Program-made: the position numbers and the translations under genes
Part shown: positions 19,191-27,793 of the stretch, piece by piece
Numbering within the stretch: position 1 is the stretch's first letter
Layout of the letters: each line of letters starts with the position of its first letter
Assembly: GCA_046293175.1 (NCBI GenBank)
Contig: JBKBPM010000001.1
Location: forward strand, 593,408-657,407
DNA length: 64,000 nucleotides
Reading direction: 5' to 3'
Source: Minisyncoccia bacterium
GTDB lineage: Bacteria; Patescibacteriota; Minisyncoccia; Phycocordibacterales; UBA918
Notes under the pieces: model-generated
Databases searched by the model: none
The model's input: only the letters and a program-made list of their open reading frames with translations
What the model was told of the DNA's origin: nothing

Positions 19191-19537
19191 GGACTATCAC
19201 CAATTGCGCCCTCTACTTCTCCGCCTGAAGACAAAGCAGTAAAAATTCTTTCGGCTTCTTCTTTGCTGTCAGCCGCTACCATAATTTTGCTCCGGTTCTC
19301 GTTTTCGTTTACCTTACCCATGAATTCTGGCACATCATTACTAATGAGCATGTTGCCCCCAATCGGAAGCACAATCTGCATAATTTTCTCTGCCTCATTT
19401 GGATCAGGCTGGAAGTGGTCTGAGGCCAAATTCTTCAAGCGAATGATTTTTGTAAACTCTCCACCAAACGCTGACTTATAACAGTTAAATGCCTCTTCAG
19501 CATTGCCGTTGAAGTTGATCCATGGATTAATAGTCAT
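19163..19537 (-). CDS. VOC/glyoxalase-like (PhnB-like) family protein
   Basis: ORF 19163..19579. Likely start is MTINPWINFNGNAEEAFNCYKSAFGGE… (PhnB/3-demethylubiquinone-9 3-methyltransferase-like). Confidence 0.5.
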   Translation of the reverse strand: MTINPWINFNGNAEEAFNCYKSAFGGEFTKIIRLKNLASDHFQPDPNEAEKIMQIVLPIGGNMLISNDVPEFMGKVNENENRSKIMVAADSKEEAERIFTALSSGGEVEGAIGDSPWGTSFGIS

Positions 19538-19588
19538 TTCTGCTATTGCACTCCTTTTGAAACTATCGCAAAAGCACAAAAGAGTACT

Positions 19589-20371
19589 CTACTTTGCTAT
19601 TAGAGTCAGTGTAATTGGCATCCCTGTTGTATCGTACGCTAGCGCATCTTCTTGAGGAAGGAACATGCCATCACCATTGTCATAATAGAGGGTGGCCGTA
19701 TAGGTTTCACCGCGGCTGGCAGTCCGTCCGATTGGCAACACAAAATTGGTACGTTCGCCAGGTGGAATGAGGCCCGTGACCAACTCTCCGCCGCGCGCAC
19801 CCGTAATCTGCACAAACGCTGGTGCACTCACAGAGATAGAAGAAAATCGGATAGCCTTGCGGTCAGGGGTAAAGACTGCGGTAAAGGAGTCATTAGTACC
19901 AGCTGGAGCTTGATACATTCGCGCATCTTCGGCAAAACTAGCTGATGTCGCCGCATCATCCACAGTCTCTCCGCCGCGCTTACTCGCACCCATATCCATA
20001 TCTGTAGGTATCATCGCTGGCGCTACGTCAGTAGGAGCAGAGTAAATCTCAGTGTTGGTGCTTGTAGGAATAGGAGCAGATGGCGGCAGCACCTTCTGTG
20101 GCGGCTGTACAACCAAGAGTAATATCGCCGTCACCCCCACCGGCAAGGTATAGATAAGCCACCACGGGAGCGCAAGACGCTTTTCTTTAACTACTGGAGC
20201 ACGGCGGGTGAGCTCCGCCCGCAGGCGAGCGCGGAAGGCTGGATCCACACTGACCGTTGGCTGACCCGCCAGCATATCGGCAACGAGCACACGCAAAACA
20301 CCCGCCTCAATCTCCAAATCCGGATTTTGAGCCAACAGATCTTTGACGATGATGTCGATATCAGGCTTCAT
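19589..20371 (-). CDS. Putative anti-sigma factor (single-pass membrane protein)
   Basis: It lies immediately downstream of, and overlapping, the ECF sigma gene. One TM helix is followed by a Pro-rich linker. Confidence 0.45.
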   Translation of the reverse strand: MKPDIDIIVKDLLAQNPDLEIEAGVLRVLVADMLAGQPTVSVDPAFRARLRAELTRRAPVVKEKRLALPWWLIYTLPVGVTAILLLVVQPPQKVLPPSAPIPTSTNTEIYSAPTDVAPAMIPTDMDMGASKRGGETVDDAATSASFAEDARMYQAPAGTNDSFTAVFTPDRKAIRFSSISVSAPAFVQITGARGGELVTGLIPPGERTNFVLPIGRTASRGETYTATLYYDNGDGMFLPQEDALAYDTTGMPITLTLIAK

Positions 20372-20970
20372 ATATGTGTATAGTACGAATAGACCGAAAA
20401 AGGTAACGTCGCAGCAAGGAGTAATAGGAGCGGGGCCGAGTCCCCACACACCTCCCGCAGCTGTCTGATACTGCGTGAAAAGGCCATTTTTACACTACCC
20501 TCCGTCCCTCCGAGAATAGTAGCAATCTCCTCAAAACTCTTCCCTTCCCAGATCCGTAGCGTAATGATTTCCCGCTGCCGGGCTGGTAACGACTTCAGGT
20601 ACTCCTCGACTTTGGCGAGACCGGCCACCGCATCAAGCTGGTCCGGGGTGCGCTCATCGTGACCAAGGTCAAAAATGTCATCAATCGGGACACTCTCCTT
20701 TTTGGTCCGGTAGTGGTCGATGACAGTATTGCGCGCAATCTGATAGAGCCAAGAGTTAAAACGACCACGACTACTGTTGTATGACTGGAGTTGCTTGAGC
20801 GCCTTAAAGAAGGTATCGCTCACGAGGTCCTCGGCCACCTCACGACTAAACACCTTGTAGTATATGAACCGGTAGATAGCATCAAGGTAGTGGTCGTAGA
20901 TGAGACCAAAAGCCTCACTGTCTCCAGCTTGCGCTCGCTCTAGAATATCCGCTTCGTTCTCCATGCCCAT
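20368..20970 (-). CDS. ECF (sigma-70 family) RNA polymerase sigma factor
   Basis: Region 2 (…FGLIYDHYLDAIYRFIYYKV…) and region 4 (…SFEEIATILGGTEGSVKMAFSRSIRQLRE). Confidence 0.85.
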   Translation of the reverse strand: MGMENEADILERAQAGDSEAFGLIYDHYLDAIYRFIYYKVFSREVAEDLVSDTFFKALKQLQSYNSSRGRFNSWLYQIARNTVIDHYRTKKESVPIDDIFDLGHDERTPDQLDAVAGLAKVEEYLKSLPARQREIITLRIWEGKSFEEIATILGGTEGSVKMAFSRSIRQLREVCGDSAPLLLLLAATLPFSVYSYYTHI

Positions 20971-21143
20971 AAGTATGGCAGTTTATTGTATAAAAACAAT
21001 GGTGTGGGCGGGATGGCCACAAATTTCATCTCCATTTCTGCATAAATTGCCGGATCAACCCATGACATGGTCATGTGACCACAAACACCTTCGGGAGCCC
21101 ATCACTGGGCTCCCTTCTTTATTAGGGAAAGAGTCTGATGTTA

Positions 21144-21539
21144 CTAATCATTCAAACTAAAAAGCGGCTGATTCTCAAATTCTGTCTGGTGAACATAACC
21201 ACCCACGGTTGCACTGACCGGAAATGAAACTTCGTCTGTAGCAGTGTCTACCACCAACTGCCCCACCGTACAGGGGTGACCGTCGAGATTGATATCCTCA
21301 TTGCCACGGTAGGTGGCATCACGAAATAGTCGCGCCAATACCTCCAGTCGGCAGGTTTCCGCTAGACTAATCGATTCGAGATGCTGCTGACTAGCGAGAC
21401 TCCGGTCTTGAGCCCGGCGTACCTCACGTGAAATCACCCCAATACTTACTAAAAAAGAAAACCCAATGATAGTCACAAGTAGCAGCGTTGTGTAGCCACC
21501 AGTCTTATTTCGAGTTTGATTATAGTGGTACATATACAT
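21144..21539 (-). CDS. Pseudopilin-like small protein with an N-terminal hydrophobic segment
   Basis: N-terminus after the internal start is …KTGGYTTLLLVTIIGFSFLV…. Last gene of pilus-like cluster 1. Confidence 0.35.
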   Translation of the reverse strand: MYMYHYNQTRNKTGGYTTLLLVTIIGFSFLVSIGVISREVRRAQDRSLASQQHLESISLAETCRLEVLARLFRDATYRGNEDINLDGHPCTVGQLVVDTATDEVSFPVSATVGGYVHQTEFENQPLFSLND

Positions 21540-21960
21540 GATGTGAGATGGTTTTATTATCAATGATATACGAGACCCCCACCTGTTTATCACTATCTAC
21601 CGTTTCTTCAGTAGCAGTAAAATCTTCAATTGCCATATAAGCAGGAGATATTAGCTCTGGTCCTCGATGTAAAGATAGAATAAACAGCTGTCCGTCCGTA
21701 AGTACTAATCGTAATGTCTCAGACCCATAATCTAGTTCAAGAGTAGATGAGTCAACAACACTAACAGTATTGGCGGTATTAAGTAGCCACTCAATTTTAT
21801 CAAAAATAAACTGTTGATCTCGAAGTGCTATAAAATCTCTTTCTCTCTCGACTAGTCGATAGTTGAGATTACCCAGCACCACAATAAGTCCAGACATAAA
21901 CACACCAAAAATAGCCAGGTATATCAAACATTCAATCAATGTAAAACCGAAGTGCTTCAT
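21520..21960 (-). CDS. Prepilin-type N-terminal cleavage/methylation domain protein (minor pilin)
   Basis: KHFGFTLIECLIYLAIFG carries the class III signal (G|FTLIE). Confidence 0.7.
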   Translation of the reverse strand: MKHFGFTLIECLIYLAIFGVFMSGLIVVLGNLNYRLVERERDFIALRDQQFIFDKIEWLLNTANTVSVVDSSTLELDYGSETLRLVLTDGQLFILSLHRGPELISPAYMAIEDFTATEETVDSDKQVGVSYIIDNKTISHHVYVPL

Positions 21961-23462
21961 GGTGTATGCAAATTAATGATTGATTCTTCGCCGGCAGTGC
22001 GTTGTAACAAAACTACTCCAGTATCAGTTCGGTCACTAGCATACGATAGAAGTCCTGGATACGAAGTCCGATTGAGTCTCGCATTGTTCGTCTGCCACAA
22101 GAGTGCGTCAGTGCTATAGCGGTCAATATCACTTGGGGAACGACTCGTAGTAACCACCAGCTCACCACCAACACCAGCTATATTGCTTACTCCTGCCCCC
22201 ACTTCATACGTAGCACGTGGCGTAGTACTGCCTGCCAACAAATCCGTCAGTGCAAATTGGTATAACTCTGGGCCGCCTGATACTGATTGTCGACCGAGGT
22301 AGACCGTACCAGTCGTGAGATAGAGAGCCTCAACATTACTGGTACCTGGCAAATTGATGGCAAGAATCTCCGTCGGCACCCCAGATGTAACATCAAAAAT
22401 GGCAAACTCTTTAAGTGCTGCACTGGCACCTAAGAATAGGTACTCTTTGTATTCTCCGTCTTCGGTAATGCCAAGCACATCCATATCATTAACCGTTCTC
22501 GACAATTCTGTCCGACTTGAAATCAGTTCAATTGGAGCTGTTGGGTCAACAAGCGAAAATATATGGAGTTCGCTACCAGCCGTCTCACGTGTAAGGACAA
22601 ACAATCGTTCACCATACACCACTACCCGCCAGCCTTGCGGGAACGAACCACCAGCTATGGCTCCGCCGAGCGTCCTTGTAGTCAAAAGTATTGGTTCACG
22701 ATTATCAATAAATAGTTCAAACACCCCTAGCTGATTAGTGCGGTCGTGAAATACAACGTAAGCAAATAGCCTCCCGGATGATTCATGTCGTATCACGTCA
22801 ACAGCATTAATTCGCCGCCCATCACCTACTGCCGACGTTTTTAGTTCGTAAGTGTACGAAATCGATTCCGCTGCTTCATACACACGAAGCTGCGGACTCG
22901 AAGATCCCACTACCACCACTTTTTTATCAAAGACATCAATACCTAGACTATCGATACTAGCGCCGAGGGACGACACATCCGTTACAGGTATACCAAAAGA
23001 ACTTTGGTATACCCATGGACAATCACCACCCCGCTTTATTAAATCGTCGCTATTAAGCTCAAAGTTGGGGACGCGAAAGAAACGTACGGTGTCATTTGGC
23101 TGTTGCTTAAAAGCGGTAGACAATGTTCGTTTCTGTCCACAAGAAGTATCACTGACAATTTGTTCCGTATATGTGAGGCAACTTTGTGTCGAACAAATAG
23201 TTGGGTCAACAACCTCTCCATGTTGGATGTATTGAGTGACGTTAACAGCTGTCGAAAAAGGATGCTCACGGTGCAACAACTTTAATTCCTGAACAAGAAA
23301 CTGATAGGCTTCCAGCCGCCACGTAGTCCAAAGGAGTCCATCATCAATCTGTCGCACAGACTCATACATAGAAGCAAGGAGCATAGTACCAATGGCTAGC
23401 GCCAAGATTATTTCAACCAATGATAGGCCTGACTCTTTATTCGATAGTGCCTTCATAACCAA
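21957..23462 (-). CDS. Large minor pilin/pseudopilin with a repetitive beta-rich body (PilX/PilY-like role)
   Basis: GLSLVEIILALAIG N-terminus followed by about 470 aa of beta-rich repeats. Confidence 0.55.
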   Translation of the reverse strand: MVMKALSNKESGLSLVEIILALAIGTMLLASMYESVRQIDDGLLWTTWRLEAYQFLVQELKLLHREHPFSTAVNVTQYIQHGEVVDPTICSTQSCLTYTEQIVSDTSCGQKRTLSTAFKQQPNDTVRFFRVPNFELNSDDLIKRGGDCPWVYQSSFGIPVTDVSSLGASIDSLGIDVFDKKVVVVGSSSPQLRVYEAAESISYTYELKTSAVGDGRRINAVDVIRHESSGRLFAYVVFHDRTNQLGVFELFIDNREPILLTTRTLGGAIAGGSFPQGWRVVVYGERLFVLTRETAGSELHIFSLVDPTAPIELISSRTELSRTVNDMDVLGITEDGEYKEYLFLGASAALKEFAIFDVTSGVPTEILAINLPGTSNVEALYLTTGTVYLGRQSVSGGPELYQFALTDLLAGSTTPRATYEVGAGVSNIAGVGGELVVTTSRSPSDIDRYSTDALLWQTNNARLNRTSYPGLLSYASDRTDTGVVLLQRTAGEESIINLHTP

Positions 23463-23886
23463 TAGTTATACTTGTCGATGCCTGCGACCAAACATCATGG
23501 AATGTAATTTCACCCGGACTACTCACCCGCCCGCTATATGGATAAAACCAGACCTCAATTTTGTTTGGATTAGTTGTGATATGAGTTAGTGTTTTCGGAT
23601 CAGTCTCTAGAACCTGTACGGATGAGGTCGTAGCGGTCGGCAGCGCTGATACCAATGAGATATTCCCAGTCTCAATTGACACCCCAACCATACGCCCTTC
23701 TCGACCATACATTGCTTCTCCTCGAGCGACTGCAAGAAGACTTTTTATCTCAGACCGAGCCTCGCGGATTACCCGAGACTGTGTTTGAAATAGTAGCCCT
23801 GCCGATAGGCCTAAAATAATTGTCAGAAGTGCCAAAACAAGCAACACTTCAATCAACGTAAATCCATGTCTATTGTGAGAGTACAT
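23437..23886 (-). CDS. GspH/FimT-like pseudopilin
   Basis: HGFTLIEVLLVLALL prepilin signal. Confidence 0.7.
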   Translation of the reverse strand: MYSHNRHGFTLIEVLLVLALLTIILGLSAGLLFQTQSRVIREARSEIKSLLAVARGEAMYGREGRMVGVSIETGNISLVSALPTATTSSVQVLETDPKTLTHITTNPNKIEVWFYPYSGRVSSPGEITFHDVWSQASTSITIGYEGTIE

Positions 23887-25066
23887 TGGTGAGGCCATAG
23901 AGTGGCGTGATTATAGAGACAGCAATAAACCCAATCGTGAGTCCCATAATAATCATGAGGATTGGCTCGACGAGCGTCGTGAGTTTTTTGTGATAGGCAT
24001 CAAGATCATGGGTATATAACTCTGCAACCATTGCACAGGTTTTAGGGAGTGATCCGGACTGTTCCGCAACCTGTACCAACCCGACCATATCAGGTGGAAA
24101 TATTTTTTTGTGATGAACAAATAAATCGGACATCTTTCGACCTAAGACTAACTCACTACTTATTTCCTCTAAAGCACTTTTATACAAAGGATTATGGATA
24201 TGATGCGACACCAATGCAACGGCATCACTGCTACGAATACCACTCTCTAGGAGTACAGCTAGCATACGAGCGATTTGAATAATGTTCCAAGTGCAGATGA
24301 TATACCGCACAACTGGCAGAGACATTAAAGTCGCTGCAACACGACAAGCAAGCCAGCGCGACCGGTGTACATATATCCAAAACAAAACACTTGCTACTAC
24401 TACCAAAAGAAGTAACCACAGACCATAGTTCTCCAACCAATTACTAGTGCTCATAAGTATTTGGGTTGAAAGTGGTAGCTCGGCACGCAAGGTACTAAAT
24501 ACTGGGGTAATTTTTGGGAAGACACCAACCAAAAGAAACAGCGTGATGCTTATTGTTAGAAGAAGCAGGATCGCGGGATATAAAAGTGAGGTAATAATCT
24601 GCTGTTTTGATTGTCTTAATGCTTGTAACTCTCCTACGGCAGTAGTCATTTGCTTGGGTAGTGTTCCAGTTTGTTCACCGAGTGAGATGAGTGTTTTAAA
24701 GGCTAATGGGACTGCAGACTGATCAGCTAACACCTTTGACAGTAAGCGACCATTAGTGATTTCTGTGTAGAGGTGCTTGAGATAGAGTTTTTGTTGTCCG
24801 TTAGTTGTTTGGTCGTAGAGTATCGATATGGCAGTACTCTGTGGCACTCCTGCCGTAAGTAGCATGGAAAGCCGTTGAAAGATATGCAGAAAATCTCTCT
24901 GGCTGATATTCCATACAGACCTTTTATTTGATTGTATTATCGTACACCTTGAAATTATATGAAGTATGCCGGATATCGACCTCACTCCATAAAGCATTAG
25001 TCCAATTAACCGATCAAATTGGTAGAAAAGATTATTCATAGACTGCAGCAAGTACTTCACCGACAC
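23870..25066 (-). CDS. pilC: Type II secretion system F / PilC-family inner-membrane platform protein (copy 1)
   Basis: Two T2SSF repeats, for example …LSMLLTAGVPQSTAISILYDQ…. Confidence 0.8.
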   Translation of the reverse strand: MSVKYLLQSMNNLFYQFDRLIGLMLYGVRSISGILHIISRCTIIQSNKRSVWNISQRDFLHIFQRLSMLLTAGVPQSTAISILYDQTTNGQQKLYLKHLYTEITNGRLLSKVLADQSAVPLAFKTLISLGEQTGTLPKQMTTAVGELQALRQSKQQIITSLLYPAILLLLTISITLFLLVGVFPKITPVFSTLRAELPLSTQILMSTSNWLENYGLWLLLLVVVASVLFWIYVHRSRWLACRVAATLMSLPVVRYIICTWNIIQIARMLAVLLESGIRSSDAVALVSHHIHNPLYKSALEEISSELVLGRKMSDLFVHHKKIFPPDMVGLVQVAEQSGSLPKTCAMVAELYTHDLDAYHKKLTTLVEPILMIIMGLTIGFIAVSIITPLYGLTNVLSQ

Positions 25067-26264
25067 TCGTCTCTCCTTCTGTCACTAGCTTCATGCCCGA
25101 AGCAAGAAGACTACCCATCCCACTTTTTTCTGCAGATTGGCGGAGTGTAAATGCCGACTGCCGACTAAGGAGCATATCTCGTAGTTCACTTGTAACCGAG
25201 CAGACTTCATAAATTGCGACTCTTCCTCTATAGCCAATACCCCGACACAAAGGACAACCGCTAGCTATAAACACATTGGTTGGTAACGCCAGATTGGAAG
25301 ACAATATGTGCAAGCGATTGCATTCAGCTTCGCTTAGCGTTGCCATAACTTTGCAAGCAGGACACAGCCGGCGCACCAACCGTTGTGCAATAATCACGCT
25401 CACCGTTGATGCAACCAAATACGGTTCAACTCCCATTTCTACCAATCGCGTTAAGGCACTAGGAGCGTCATTAGTATGGAGTGTCGTCAGTACAACATGT
25501 CCCGTAAGCGCTGCGGTCGTAGCGAGTTTTGCAGTTTCACCGTCACGCACCTCACCCACCATAATAACGTCAGGATCTTGCCGTACAATGCTGCGTAATC
25601 CATTAGCAAAATTGAGCCCAACTTGATTATTAACAGCAATTTGGTTGGCCCCATAAAGCACATACTCGATAGGATCTTCAATGGTGATGACTGTGCGAGT
25701 AGGAGTATTGATCTCTTTTAGGAGTCCATAGAGTGTTGTTGTCTTTCCGCTACCTGTTGGGCCAGTAGCAATGATTAATCCATACGGATTTTGAATCGCT
25801 CGCTCTACCTGCAGGAGATCGGTTTTGGGTAAACCAAGTGATGCCAGTTCAATTGCAGCATCACTACGCAAGATACGAAGGACACAGTTTGGACCAAGGC
25901 GGATTGGCACAATCGAAACTCGCACCTCAACAGTTTCTTTATTTTTTGATTGAAATGAAAAACGCCCATCTTGGGCGATAAAATGTTCATCGGTGCGGAG
26001 CTCGGCCAATACTTTGATACGAGCGATGAGCTCATCTTGATACATGCGGTTGACTGTAGTCACTGTCTCCATCACACCATCGACCCGGAATCGCACCACA
26101 AGCCCATCTCTCTGGGTACTGAGGTGGACATCTGAGACCTGTTCCGTGAGTGCCGTCTCAAGTATCGCATCGAGGACCGACACGACCGAAAAGGGTTCGG
26201 TCGTCATGACTGTTTCTAAGTGAGCTCTTTTTGACTCCGGCACAGCCGTCGGTCCGCTCGTCAT
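25032..26264 (-). CDS. GspE/PilB-family secretion ATPase lacking the N-terminal GSPII domain
   Basis: Walker A GPTGSGKTTT, Asp/His boxes, and a C-terminal tetracysteine zinc motif (CPACKV…CPLCRGIGYRGR). Confidence 0.85.
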   Translation of the reverse strand: MTSGPTAVPESKRAHLETVMTTEPFSVVSVLDAILETALTEQVSDVHLSTQRDGLVVRFRVDGVMETVTTVNRMYQDELIARIKVLAELRTDEHFIAQDGRFSFQSKNKETVEVRVSIVPIRLGPNCVLRILRSDAAIELASLGLPKTDLLQVERAIQNPYGLIIATGPTGSGKTTTLYGLLKEINTPTRTVITIEDPIEYVLYGANQIAVNNQVGLNFANGLRSIVRQDPDVIMVGEVRDGETAKLATTAALTGHVVLTTLHTNDAPSALTRLVEMGVEPYLVASTVSVIIAQRLVRRLCPACKVMATLSEAECNRLHILSSNLALPTNVFIASGCPLCRGIGYRGRVAIYEVCSVTSELRDMLLSRQSAFTLRQSAEKSGMGSLLASGMKLVTEGETSVGEVLAAVYE

Positions 26265-26562
26265 GCAATAATCATGACACCTCCCTACCTGCCCGGCAAT
26301 AGGCTGTGGTGCACACTGATTTTACTGTCTACAACTGTACGCCAGCACCGAGGTTCATATCAGCCTACGTTGAATTCGGACTGATGAGACCAAGAGATAT
26401 ATGCCCATAGCGTATACATGCCGAGCAATAAAACAGTGATACCGAAAAGTATCAGAAGCGTCTTAAAAAAATCTTGAATGGCTTGCTCATGTATTCCATA
26501 ATTTTAACTTAAATAAAGCCATCTATATAGTAGGACAAAAAAGTGACCGAGTAATCGGTGAC

Positions 26563-26616
26563 TTTTTTGTCTGGTTACTGCTCTCAGCAGGTATGCAATT
26601 TCTCGGAATAGTACCT
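26563..26616. repeat. Left copy of a roughly 51-54 bp direct repeat that brackets the accessory island
   Basis: ttttttgtctggttactgctctcagcaggtatgcaatttctcggaatagtacct versus 42666-42716 tttttgttctggctactgctctcagcaggtatgccttttcagaatagacct (about 85% identity). In each copy it begins in the T-tract of a different terminator hairpin. A shared 13-mer gacgcgtctcgtg lies at 26819-26831 and 42730-42742. Confidence 0.6.
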
Positions 26617-26888
26617 ATGATTTCTACCGAAACTTAAGGAGTCTAGGACACCCCCTTTAGAGAGTTCGTGCCCATGACTCGTTCTTAAAATGCTTTGGAA
26701 AATATAACGATTTTAAGAGTCTCGATAGCTCTCACTTGATTGCTGGCCGTCTCGTGTTAGAACCGTGGCCGGTCAAGCCCTGCTTACTCCGTTTGGCTTC
26801 GTTTTAGGTCCTTGGAACGACGCGTCTCGTGTGCTTCAAAAAGTGACAAAAGTGACACAGGGAGGCACCTGAAAGTTACACGCTACTG

Positions 26889-27296
26889 TCACCTTCTCCT
26901 GTAGTGCGTTCGTACTCCCGTGGTTAACAAAATGAACCCAACGATCGAAAAAGAGACTATATAAACAATCGTTGCAATGATTGGAAAGTAATCGTTTGCA
27001 TATAGTTCAGGCCCTCCGATCAGGCCAATGACGAATAGGATCCCGAAATAGAAATAGTTGTAGAGAACGCTTCCTAGTACTCGCCACCTGCCTGTGATTA
27101 AGTACCTTGCTATGGCGTATATCAAAATAGCAATCAGGGCACCTAGTGTTGCTAACCAGTGCTGCACTAAGAACGAAAGAAGTATCTCCCAGAAAACACG
27201 GTAGGTATGGATAGTCGCTTCCGCAACACCGTTCATGAGTGTCTCCAAGGATTCCTTTACGAAGTCAGGACCAAGCGGTGTGGAAGTTGAGTTCAT
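26889..27296 (-). CDS. Small polytopic membrane protein; third gene of the CBASS-like operon
   Basis: 135 aa with three or four TM helices. Its start is 3 nt after the SLATT-like stop. Confidence 0.5.
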   Translation of the reverse strand: MNSTSTPLGPDFVKESLETLMNGVAEATIHTYRVFWEILLSFLVQHWLATLGALIAILIYAIARYLITGRWRVLGSVLYNYFYFGILFVIGLIGGPELYANDYFPIIATIVYIVSFSIVGFILLTTGVRTHYRRR

Positions 27297-27298
27297 TT

Positions 27299-27793
27299 CT
27301 ATGCAATCGTTTCTTCTCGCTTAGCGAGCTTCTTCACTGCCTTTTGGTAAGCCCATTCCTCTGTTGGAGGAGTAAGTAGGATGAGCTGGTTATATGCCTC
27401 AGAAAGCTTGCACACTTCCTTATACAATTCCTGCTCCGAGTGGAAGGACGCGAATGACTCATGTAGCGCACGCGCCCTATGCTTCACAACTGTAAAGCTT
27501 TTGGCCGAGTTCAAGTTCTCGTAGTACGACTTATGCGGACTTACAATACTGCTGGTCGCCGTAACAACGGCAGAGACAACGGTGAGCCAGCCCCACCATG
27601 CGGGTATCGCCTGCCCTACAACGAGCAAGCCAGAGAGTGAAGCGATGATCGCGGGAACGACCTCAAACCAGAAAGCCATTGTCTTGCTCCTCGACGCGAG
27701 TATGTGGTGCGCTTCAGCAGTGTGTCGCGCATTGTCCTCGATCGTCTGACATTCCTTTTTTAAGTTATCAATATTATTCATAAGTTGATCCAA
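27299..27793 (-). CDS. SLATT-like 2TM effector protein
   Basis: 164 aa with an N-terminal helix, two adjacent TM helices (AFWFEVVPAIIASLSGLLVVG / WWGWLTVVSAVVTATSSIV), and a C-terminal helical region. It overlaps the nucleotidyltransferase stop by 20 nt, which suggests translational coupling. Confidence 0.55.
   Translation of the reverse strand: MDQLMNNIDNLKKECQTIEDNARHTAEAHHILASRSKTMAFWFEVVPAIIASLSGLLVVGQAIPAWWGWLTVVSAVVTATSSIVSPHKSYYENLNSAKSFTVVKHRARALHESFASFHSEQELYKEVCKLSEAYNQLILLTPPTEEWAYQKAVKKLAKREETIA

Noticed and set aside
26265-26888. A tmRNA, SRP RNA or second tRNA in the 625-bp gene-free gap
   Set aside because: No tRNA-like acceptor/T-arm fold and no SRP domain IV or tmRNA tag-frame motifs could be found by eye. 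Only terminator hairpins and the island-flanking repeat are evident.
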